This document shows, in pieces, positions 35,901 to 45,562 of a DNA stretch of 64,000 bases (position 1 is the first letter of the stretch; each line of letters begins with the position of its first letter). Position numbers and translations under genes: made by a program. The DNA is from Balanoglossus misakiensis. Taxonomy: Eukaryota > Animalia > Hemichordata. Under the pieces are notes generated by a model. It saw only the letters and a list, made by a program, of their open reading frames with translations, was not told where the DNA came from and ran no database searches. The stretch is taken from positions 10,242,894-10,306,893 of the forward strand of contig CM082589.2 in assembly GCA_040954595.2 (NCBI GenBank), in the 5' to 3' direction.

Positions 35901-36027
35901 GTCTCGCTATCTTTTGGTCCTTTGCCCACTGGCCTATGTTGAAGTAACTTTTCCCTTTTCTATTCGGCATAACAATAGACAAACTTTTAAGAAGTGCGCT
36001 ACTCCTGTTGAATAGTTTGCCCCACAT
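32991..36027 (-). pseudogene. RAG1/Transib/Chapaev-like DDE transposase (~900 aa when repaired; 2 coding exons; 3 frameshifts)
   Basis: Exons 36027-35585 and 35231-32991 (phase-0 GT-AG intron). Motifs IGADGAPFG (D1), PFDQK..SGEL (D2), EPLHLK, RFTGEE and GLGLNTMEGREAKH (E) parallel the RAG1 core motifs SCDGMG, GYDEK..VEGL, DALHC, MNGN and IGAWASEGNESGNK. Frameshifts at ~35680, ~34172 and ~33100; the repaired C-terminus has CxC...CxxC. Confidence 0.8.
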
Positions 36028-36879
36028 GGCTCTAAATCTATACCTGAAAAGGGTGAACAAGAGAAATATCTTTACAATAATTATCTATCCGAGGGAAGCA
36101 AAAACAAAACACCTGCTCATTATACTTCCTCCAGAAATTGAGGTCAAAGGTGACATAGAAAGAATGTGGGTAACCTTACCATAACAATCTCGCCCATTCA
36201 TTTTTTTCTTATTTCGTTTTCACCCTCGAATTTCCAGCGAATTATATCAAGAATATATTTTAGCACAAACTATTGGTTTCTGATTTTTCAGTTACGGTCT
36301 TATTTTCTGTCAATTCTATGAACAATATCACCATGTCGCCGAAAATTCGAAGCGCCGCCATTACAATCAATGTAACCCGTGCTGCTGCCAAGGAACACAC
36401 AGGGTCGTATATTTTCGCTTGGTATGATTTCGTCATATTGCTTGTAGCAGCATTTTAAACATGGAATCCTATGTTTACGTATAAAAGACTAAATTCGTAT
36501 GGTTTTCAAATTGAAAAAAACAATTCTGTGAAGCTGAATCGTTGTAATTTTTAGTGTTTGTTTATGGTTGCTTAGGACGGCTTCTGCTATAGCAACGGCC
36601 AGGGACTGTCAGCGGGTGATCAAAATGTTCAAGTTATTTGGCTGATACACATAAATAACACAGCAGAATCGCAACTTTATTTCATATTGTCTCTGACATC
36701 TTGCTAATTTTACTAAACAAAACTTGGAATAAAGCAATATTACTCACCGAATTATGCTGTGCATCGACAGCTGTGTTCGATCGCGAACGCCATTACTGTG
36801 TCTAATTAAATATTCATGAGCTTCATAGGCTGCCACGGAAATACTGCCCATAGGTGGCGTCGTTCAAGCTGTAGTGACA

Positions 36880-38888
36880 GGTGGTGGTTCCCAGAGTGTA
36901 TCGTAACCAGGTGATGAGACTAGCCCATGAATCAGTGCTGGGTGGTCACCACGGAACTCACAAGACCACAGACAAGATCCTCAGCAACTTCGTTTGGCCT
37001 GGGCTAACATCAGATGTTTCCCGTTACTGTCAGTCCTGTGATTCATGTCAACGGACACAACCAAAGGGACGGGTGACCAAGGTACCACTTGGAAGTATGC
37101 CACTAATAGATATCCCTTTCCTACGTATTGCAGTAGACCTGGTTGGCCCTATTCATCCATGCACTGAACGCAAGAATAGGTACATACTTACTGTTGTTGA
37201 TTATGCAACACGCTATCCGGAGGCTGTTGCATTGACTAACATTGATACCAAGACTGTTGCAGAGGCGCTCCTGGACATCTACTCAAGAGTGGGGTGTCCA
37301 CGTGAAATTCTGACAGATCAAGGAACTCAATTTACATCAGATGTGATGCGTGAGGTCAGCCGGCTTTTGTCTATAAAGCAGATGACTACCACCCCATACC
37401 ACCCAGCATTCAATGGTCTAGTGGAACGGTTCAATGGTACATTGAAACTCATGCTCAGGAAGATGTGTGAGGAACGTCCAACATATTGGGATCGTTATCT
37501 GAATGCTTTACTATTTGCCTACAGAGAAACGCCTCAATCGAGCACAGGATTCTCTCCGTTTGAGTTACTTTATGGGAGGAGTGTGCGTGGTCCAATGGCT
37601 ATCTTGAAAGAACTATGGACTGGAGAGATCAGTGAACCAGAAACCAAAACGACTTATCAATACATCCTTGATCTTCAAAAGAAATTAAAGAAGGCATGCG
37701 ATTTAGCAAGACAAGAACTGAAGATATCACAAGGCAAATACAAGTCCTACTACAATAGAAAGGCCAAATGGAGGAAGTTCAACAAAGGTGACGAGGTGTT
37801 ATTGCTACTACCTACTGACCATAATAAACTACTTATGCACTGGAAGGGTCCTTTTCCAGTGGTGGAGAAAGCGAGCAATATGGATTACAAGATTGACTTT
37901 GGTCATAGGGTGAAAACATTCCATGCCAACCTGTTGAAGAGGTACTATCGAAGAACTGATCAGCTAGATGAAGTATCAGCTGGACTTCTTGAGATTGTGT
38001 GTGTATCTGTGATAGATGAGCAGAGTTATGAATCTTCAGAAGTACAAGAGAACACAGGGGTTAAAGTAAACGATGACTTACTGCGGGTTCCTGCATTCAA
38101 GCAGAAAGAATTTGCTGCAGATGTGAATGTATGTGACAACTTGTCAGACATACAGAAGCAAGTGGTGAGGAGGTTGCTGATCAATTACAAAGATATGTTA
38201 ACTGATATTCGTGGTAACACCAACCTGGGTTTCCATGACATCAAGTTGATGGATCCAACACCAGTATGCAGTAGGCCATACCCCATCCCTCATGCACTCC
38301 GTGAAGCAGTGAAAGATGAAGTCAAAACGATGATTAAGATGGGAGTAGCTGAACCTTCAGAGAGTCCATATGCTGTTCCACTGGTAATGGTGAAGAAATC
38401 TGATGGGTCCAATCGTTGTTGTGTTGACATGAGAAAGCTCAATCGCATAACAGTGTTTGATGCAGAGCCTACACCAGACCTGAGTGAGCTTTTTGCTTTT
38501 TGCTAAGTTATCCAAGGATCACTATTTCACTAAAGTAGATCTCAGCAAAGAATATTGGCAAGTCCCGTTGACTGATAATTCTAAACAATTGACGGCATTT
38601 ATCACGCATGATGGGCTATACCAATTTATCAAAATGCCTTTCGGACTTGTAAATAGTGCTGCGACTTTTAGCAGAATTATGAGAAGATTGTTAAGAGATA
38701 TGAAGAACGTAGACAACTATATCGATCACATACTGATCCACACTGCATCATGGGAAGAACATATCAAGACAATTACAGATTTGATGAGCAGACTACGAAA
38801 GGCAAAGTTAACAGCGAGACCAACTAAGTGTTATGTGGGTTATGAGCAGATCGATTTCCTGGGTCATGTGGTTGGTCATGGTGAACTA
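36880..38888 (+). pseudogene. pol: Gmr1-like pol: integrase followed by reverse transcriptase (frameshifted, truncated)
   Basis: AHE..GGH..CDSC, AVDLVGP, TDQGTQF, NGLVER and WKGPF (integrase/GPF), then RCCVDMRKLN, KVDLSKEYWQ, MPFGL and YIDH (RT, YxDD mutated). A 7-bp duplication causes the frameshift at ~38490. Confidence 0.92.
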
Positions 38889-38904
38889 GTCCTGTTTCAA
38901 AATG

Positions 38905-39245
38905 ACCTACATTACAGGTCCTATGCACACGTATTACATGTTCTGATTGGTTTATCCACTTCTCTAAGGTCCACTTGCGGCTCGCTGATTGGAGGGACCT
39001 TATGTGTTAGGTCTTATTACTATGTATTATTCACCAGACCTTGTAGGTTAGGTCTTATTACAATGCATTATTCACTTTACAGCTCCCTGATTGGTTAATG
39101 TGTAGGTCTGGTCCTCCAGTGTTCACTGCCTCATTATGCAGGACCTTGTAGGTTAGGTCTTATTAATATGTATTTATTCACCATACAGCTCCCTGATTGG
39201 TTAACGTGTCAGTCTGGTCCCCCCAGTGTTCACTGCCTCATTGTG
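38905..39245. repeat. Short tandem array, ~105-bp degenerate unit, at the Gmr1 truncation point
   Basis: GACCTTGTAGGTTAGGTCTTATTA...TACAGCTCCCTGATTGGTTAA...GTGTTCACTGCCTCATT at ~39038 and ~39142, with partial copies upstream. Confidence 0.7.
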
Positions 39246-39587
39246 AAATGTCCCATGTGCTTCCTGGCTAGCGTTGTGGTAACATATTATTCGGGGTGTC
39301 CGCAGATCGTTCATTGATTTTCTGAGAAATAGCCTAACTGATACTATCTCCAACATAAACCGCACCCTGGAAAGATTAAATGATCTTTTAGGTGGACTTT
39401 GAAAATCTGATTAACTCATCTAAGCATTTTAGCTAAGTTGTATATTTTTTAATTATAATCATACAAAATACTTAAAAAATAAAAACAATGTTCAGTTTTA
39501 ATACCCACTGATGAGGGGAAACATCAGTTTCAAATTCTTTTCATGGGAGCGCTTGAGCAGAGTTATGAGTTTTGCTCTGTGAAAGAA

Positions 39588-39732
39588 AATGGGGGGATTT
39601 CAAAATTTTGGCAGTTCGGAAGGGGGATTTCAAAATATTTCGGGTTGTGAAAGGGGGGGGGGCATGTGAAAATTAGCGGTAAAAGATGAATTCCCCCCCC
39701 CCCCCTCCAGAGGTGTTTGTGAATGCAGCCTA
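39588..39732. mobile_element. Probable single terminus of a G/C-run-rich MITE
   Basis: Repeated GGGGATTTCAAAAT subunits and the end C(n)TCCAGAGGTGTTTGTGAATGCAGCC|TA. No partner end found. Confidence 0.4.
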
Positions 39733-40783
39733 AGAAAGAAAAAATGTGAAATGGGTCAAATATGGGCCGGACGTGCCCATTCAACTCAATTTACTTTTGT
39801 TTGCTTTAAGTAGGAATTGATCACAGCTATATTTATTTTGGACACCTGAGCGACAAGAAAACAATCTGATTCTACATTTTAAAAAGCGTCATTGGAAAAG
39901 CACTGCAATTTTGTTTCTTGCTTTAAAAAAGTTTGGGGTGGCATGTAATAATTAAGGTGTGTCTAAATTACTAATTTGGTGCACCTCAAAGCCCTTAGCC
40001 AATGTAAATTATATCCTGCATTGTATTCATGAAGGATATCCTCCCGCGAGGTCAATGCCATTCAATGTCAAACAGTCTCAACAAAGACCATTGGACACTC
40101 ATAGCCGTTTTGTATGAAAGTGACTGGAGTACGAGATGAGTTTCATGACAACAACAAATCATGCTCAGTCTCGCTGCAGGGTCTATAATTTCAATAACGG
40201 CTAGACGCTGGACACTATCTTAGGTAACACTTTAGGGTCATAGTGCTGGAACGACATGTTTAAACAGGTCGTTCCGGCACTCTGACCCTTTCGGCCCCAG
40301 TCGTTTCAGCCCCCATTTTCCACGACCCAAGTCGTTACAGCCCGGACAGTAACACCCCAAACATTTCAACACTTATCAGGGAAGACCTTAGCCCAACTAT
40401 TAAAACTTGGCTTGAACCTACTTAAGTTCTCCGCATGAAATATGAGCGAGCGTTGTCAGAGGACGACAGCTACGCACACTTTGGGCATGACCGAATCAAA
40501 CAGAATTGAATATTCTATATTCGGAAAAAACACCTTATCTCCGTTTTGCCGTTGACAAACCGATTTCTGTCATGACAGTTACTCCCGGGGACTGTGACAG
40601 ACCATATACAGACAGTAGAGGCCGCGCGCTGGGGGTCTACACAAGTCACTACAGCTGATGTAAGCAAGTACAACATGCTTTGCTTGCAGGAATGTTCCAT
40701 TTTCAATAGAGGGGTGTGTATATTCAGAGGGAATGTCAGTCGGGGCCCTGGCTGGCAACATGCGGCGTATATATTGACAATCT

Positions 40784-41711
40784 TAGCCGGGAGACCAGGG
40801 CGTCGATCTAAAATACAACGCTCGGGGACAGTCGAGCAAGTCCTGCTGAGCTGAAAGATAGTAGTCTTGGCAACGATCGAGGTCGCTTAGTAACAAATGG
40901 ATAACGAGTGATCTATCAAATGTTGACGGGCGCCAGTGGTTGGATGATATAATTAAAGGCACGTAAGCTGTAACTGGATAAAAAATTAAAGTTTTAAATA
41001 ATCTCATATATGCTTTTAATTATGTCTATTAAATGCTATTTCATGATAATATATCAAGCTCAACACTTATTTATGACAAAATGGCCAAAAATTAAAGAAA
41101 AACGAAAATTCCTGCAATTTTAAAAAAAGCGCAATATTGCAATGAAAAATGAAAATCTGATGTCTCAGTGGTGTACATTTACTTCCATGAGCTCAAGTGG
41201 ATGAGATCATGTTTTGTTTATGAAGTTTCACAACCGGAAATGCAACATTTTCATTGTTTCTTGCATTTTCCCACGGTGGCGGCCATAATCGCTTGCGGCA
41301 AAGCTTTATTATTTATCTGGTTAAAACTTGCATATGCACTCATACTTAGGGTTTATAATGCTTGTGTATTGTTCACTACCTCCATCTGCATGGACTAATG
41401 GTAGTGCAGTTTGAAACAAAAATTATGAAAATTATCCCAAAAGTTACACCTTACGTGCCTTTAACAAAGCTTGGTTATGAATATTCATACACTTTCAAAA
41501 CCACTCCCACATCCCATCGCGGGAATTTCACACATGACTCCACCTCTATTTCCTTATTTAGAAGGCGACGATGTCATGTGGTTAACATTGAGTGACCAAT
41601 TAGCTTACACGCAAGATTTACCACACGTGTCGTTCTACGAACAGAATTCTGTTCGTAAATAGAGACTGTCCCCGGGCGTTTCTTTTCCCCGACGCCCTGG
41701 TCTCCAGGCTA
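40784..41711. mobile_element. Non-autonomous TIR element with TAG...CTA ends and 9-bp TSD (hAT-like or MULE-like; unresolved)
   Basis: TGACAATCT|TAGCCGGGAGACCAGGGCGTCG...CGACGCCCTGGTCTCCAGGCTA|TGACAATCT, plus a second inverted block AACGCTCGGGGACAGTC / GACTGTCCCCGGGCGTT. Confidence 0.88.
40957..41460. mobile_element. Non-autonomous Kolobok-type element, 504 bp, TTAA TSD, nested in the 9-bp-TSD element
   Basis: TTAA|AGGCACGTAAGCTGTAACT...AGTTACACCTTACGTGCCT|TTAA. Confidence 0.88.
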
Positions 41712-42022
41712 TGACAATCTCGCTGATAGGCGCAGCTGGAATTTATGTTTCTGTGGTATGATTATTGTATTTTATCAATGCACAATCACGATGGGCGAGT
41801 TTCAAGCAAGCAATTGGATTCGCTTCAATCCCTCACTAAAATCTAGACTGCACCACTGTATAATAACACAATACAGTCTTCTAGCCTCATGGTATAAACA
41901 GGAACTCTTGTCTGCTGGACATCCGTGTACTTTGGTCTACTGAGTGAACGCGTTACGTATAGAGGTAGCGCAAAGTGAAAACCTATTTAAGGCAGCCACA
42001 ACAATCAGTGTTGACGTACATA

Positions 42023-42127
42023 CAATCTGACTAAAATCGCAGTTGGTATGACGACAGCATACTAATAATACTGTACCACATAAGTAAAAGACGTCGTCGT
42101 ACCATACATCTGATTTTATTCAGATTA
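42023..42127. mobile_element. ~105-bp hairpin mini-MITE, copy 1
   Basis: AATCTGACTAAAATC...GATTTTATTCAGATT inverted ends; related to 42387-42497. Confidence 0.6.
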
Positions 42128-42144
42128 CTGCATATTTGCATATA

Positions 42145-42351
42145 CTGTGAAACAAGTTATTTTCGCGAGCAATACATTTTCGCGAGATACGTGAGAGCCA
42201 AAATGGTATGAAAATAAGAGGTCGCATAATTATTTTTGAAGATAACGATGCAGTGAATGAAATAAGAGAACGCGAAAATTAATACTCGCGAAACAGTAGC
42301 CTCTCTCGATATCGTGAAAATTTCAACTCGCTAAAATAAAGTGTTTTACAG
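42145..42351. mobile_element. 207-bp MITE with TA TSD (Tc1/mariner/pogo-like)
   Basis: TA|CTGTGAAACAAGTTATTTTCGCGAG...CTCGCTAAAATAAAGTGTTTTACAG|TA, with internal TTTCGCG/CGCGAAA repeats. Confidence 0.8.
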
Positions 42352-42386
42352 TAGTTTATGTATGTAAAGTGTTCCTGATGTTAACA

Positions 42387-42497
42387 CAATCTGTTTGAAA
42401 TCAGATGTAGGCCTAGGGAATGGCGACGTAGTTTTTTGATGCTGCGACAGCATAAAAAACACGTCGCCGTTCCCTACATCTGATTTTAATCAGATTA
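42387..42497. mobile_element. ~110-bp hairpin mini-MITE, copy 2
   Basis: AATCTG.TT.AAATCAGATGTAGG..GGCGACGT.TTTTT.ATGCTG / CAGCATAAAAAACACGTCGCC..CCTACATCTGATTTTAATCAGATT. Possible degenerate TSD ATGTTAACA/GCGTTAACA. Confidence 0.7.
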
Positions 42498-42606
42498 GCG
42501 TTAACATAACTTTATCAGAATAAGTTAACGCCATAACTTTGACAGAATAAGAGTTGCCTCAAACGGCTCTAACCGAATTTCCATTAATAGCAGAACAAAC
42601 AAGCTG

Positions 42607-44578
42607 TAATCAATACGCCAACCTTTAAAATATTACTTTAGAAAGTTTGTATTCATACTTTCTTCAAGTTGTCATAACGCTAACCCGAAATGTGTTTTAG
42701 TATTGCCTTTGTATTAATGGGCTAGATTCATGGCGTTATATGTCATAAATTAAAAAGACAACCCTTATTGTTTTTGATAATATTTATGTCGGAGAATCCA
42801 CAATGAAAAATATGTATTTTCAATTTCATAACTCAAAATAATTTTCAAATCCATGACCTTATTTTCAACTCCAGTGATCGTACATCCTGAACCTTGTTCC
42901 AGTAAATGATTGGTCATTACAGGGTTAATGGGCACTCTCCCGTTCTCTTCCTCCGCAGTTTCATTCATGTTCTTGTTTGACGGAAATGGGTGTGACCAGA
43001 CGATTGAATGTTTTCATGTGGGTTGAGTTGTTCATCGGGAACGGCCTCCTGGTGTGTCTGTACAGGTACGCAAGGAGAAACTGCCCACAAGAAGCTGCGA
43101 GTGAAACTATTTAAGGTAGTATGTGCCTCGCGGTCCGAGATTCTGACAAATGATAGTCCTCAAAACTTTTTCAAGTCATTGATTTACTAAAGTGTGTGGT
43201 GAGTCTCTTTGAAAACAACAACAATATTACTCATCATATTGTAATTTTTTGAAACTATAAAATGAAGTTGACAATGCACCAAACAGATTCTATTTATTTC
43301 TTCATGACCATGTTCACCCCAAGGTCATATGGACCTGCAAGTATATGCCAGAGCCAGAGTCGACATTACCGAAGCCAGAGTTTAAAGCTTACAGGTCACC
43401 CCTTGCCAGCTCATGACTAGCTAAACTGCCATGGATGCCAAGAGATATATGACTACGGTAACCTGTAGATGGTTTCAGTATGTTTGAAGAAAGTGGTGGC
43501 GCACTTTTGGCTACATTTGAAATGGCTATGGTACCAGTGGTTGAATTTGCAAAGGTGACCTTTGACCTGGCATCTTTAAAGATATTAAAGAACGATTTAC
43601 CATTCCTTGTTGTCGTAAAATGACATCTGTAATAACTTATATTTTATCTGTTCATCTTGAAGTACTATATATTTAAACGCCAATTTTCCATTGCCAATCA
43701 AGTTTTTACAAATAAATTGTAATATGCATGTTGATTTTACAAAAACTCCTTACTTCCAAGTGAATTCTGTTACACATCACGTAACTATTTTCCCCACGAA
43801 TTCTTCAGTTGCTAACTCGGAAATTTCATATATTGGGCAGAAATTGGATACATTACCCAGCCATTAAAATTACAGTTTTCTATTTTAATTGATCGTCCAT
43901 AACTTCAAGTACTTTGACTTGACATACATTAAAAACATCATGGTGAATAAATAAAAATTATTTGATTATCTAATTGTGCATGTTTACATGGTTTTATTTT
44001 AGTATGCTGGGTACTTAATGTCTAATGGCTCGCTGATTTTATACTGTTCAAGATGACAATCTAATTTTAGTTTTCAGCTGATAATTGAAATCAATGATTC
44101 AAAAAAAATGAATTTTGACATGAATAAACTTCTTGTTCATGGCAGTTGCTGTGTTTTGTTTCATTTGTATTCAATTTTTGCAAGCATACCATTGAGCACA
44201 GTTTGATTTGATTAAACACGTTTATCGGAAAATTTTGTCATTTGAAATATCTGTTTTTGCGCCCTCTACCATTTGACCAAATGATTCTCTTATTTTGGTG
44301 GCCTTTGTCTGTGTATATGAGAATACTATAGTACTCTCGCATCGATCATAGTAGAAGTTGATAACGTCTCTTGCCACGTGGCCTGGAAGAAAGGCGATCT
44401 TTAGAGTAAAAAAAACAAACTATCCAGATAGGAAGCTAGAAAAGAAGTTGAATCGTTGAAATTTTATTTATTTTATATTGTTAATATCGTTGGTGATGTT
44501 GACTGGCCGACAATCTTTGTCACACGAGTCTTTGCAGGCAGATTAAAACATTGCCTATTCCAGCAATAATCACAACAG
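42607..44578. repeat. ~1.97-kb dispersed repeat of unknown class, copy 2
   Basis: Direct-orientation match to 25820-27792, with a further shared ~25-bp block at ~44888-44911 and ~27982-28006. Confidence 0.9.
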
Positions 44579-45562
44579 GAGTGTGTCACACAGGAGACAG
44601 TTGGGATTATAGTCATAATCTACCTTAGTTTGTTGTCAACAACCAGATGTGGTCGCATTCCGTGCATCCGTGCATATTTTGGAACAACGACTCTATCGAA
44701 CAGACGTATTTCAAACACCTTGGAGAAAAACATCGATGACCACTGGAATTGACTGTCGCTTGAAATCCGATAGGAATACACCTGTTTACGGTGGACGATA
44801 CCGACACTCCTCTGCTAACTTAATCTGCTCTGCTAACTATACCTGCTTTGATTAAGTTGCGTCTAAAACTTTCCTTACAATACAATGTGGGTCTCGACTG
44901 TCGGTCCCAACTATAGCGACGACAGCCTCGGTATGTTTCGCCGATAGCAATCCGGAGATGAAATTTGCATACAGCAATATCTTTCAAGATAAATAATTTA
45001 TGTCCTAAAGGTATTACTTTTAGTGGTCTGACGGAGACGTTTTCTGCTGTAACATGCAAAACCTGCGGCGGACCTGAGGTCATGTTGCGAACACTGTAGT
45101 TTTGTTACGCCCGCCATCCTTCGGACGTTTACCTCATCGGGGCTTCTTTGGGGAATCAGCCACGTCCGAAGGGTGAGAGTGTAAATTCTCTCCCTCTCCT
45201 TCTCCACCCAACATATTCATAGAGTCAGAGAGAGGTACCCGGCATATCGTAAACTTAACGAGAGGCATAACGAGACTTTCAACAAGTTTTCCGAGTAACA
45301 CAAATAGTTGTGGTTTATTACTGGTCACACGTAAGAATTACACGACTCTATCCATGCTCGTTGACTCCCGTCACGGATCTCCGGTGATAATAATGTGATA
45401 TCAAATTTCACCACCTCTTATTAATACGTTAGTCAAGTATTATGTCATAAAAGGAACACGTCATCTTAATATTTCTTAAACATGAACTTAGCGCGTGATA
45501 TCTCTATCTCGTTCTGACATGTATCAATTACACAATCTTGTTTACTCTGAGTCAAATACCTA

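Larger units (their letters stand above)
31404..36876 (-). mobile_element. 5473-bp DNA transposon with CACT...AGTG ends and 3-bp TSD (ACA); CMC/Chapaev/Transib-RAG1-like
   Basis: ACA|CACTGCGG...CTGTAGTG|ACA. Removing it plus one ACA restores the Gmr1 integrase frame (KLLQVVVPRVYR). Subterminal inverted box TGGGCAGTATT(T)CCG. Two convergent genes. Confidence 0.9.
28007..38888 (+). mobile_element. Gmr1-like Ty3/Gypsy LTR retrotransposon, degenerate and 3'-truncated (no RNase H or 3' LTR)
   Basis: 5' LTR, tRNA-Pro PBS, gag with CCHC, protease, then integrase before RT. That order, with Gypsy-type RT, is diagnostic of the Gmr1 clade. Confidence 0.92.

Noticed and set aside
25820-44578. The two 2-kb direct repeats as LTRs of the Gmr1 element
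   Set aside because: They lack TG...CA ends, a TSD and an adjacent PBS or PPT. The real LTR is 28007-29303, directly before the tRNA-Pro PBS.
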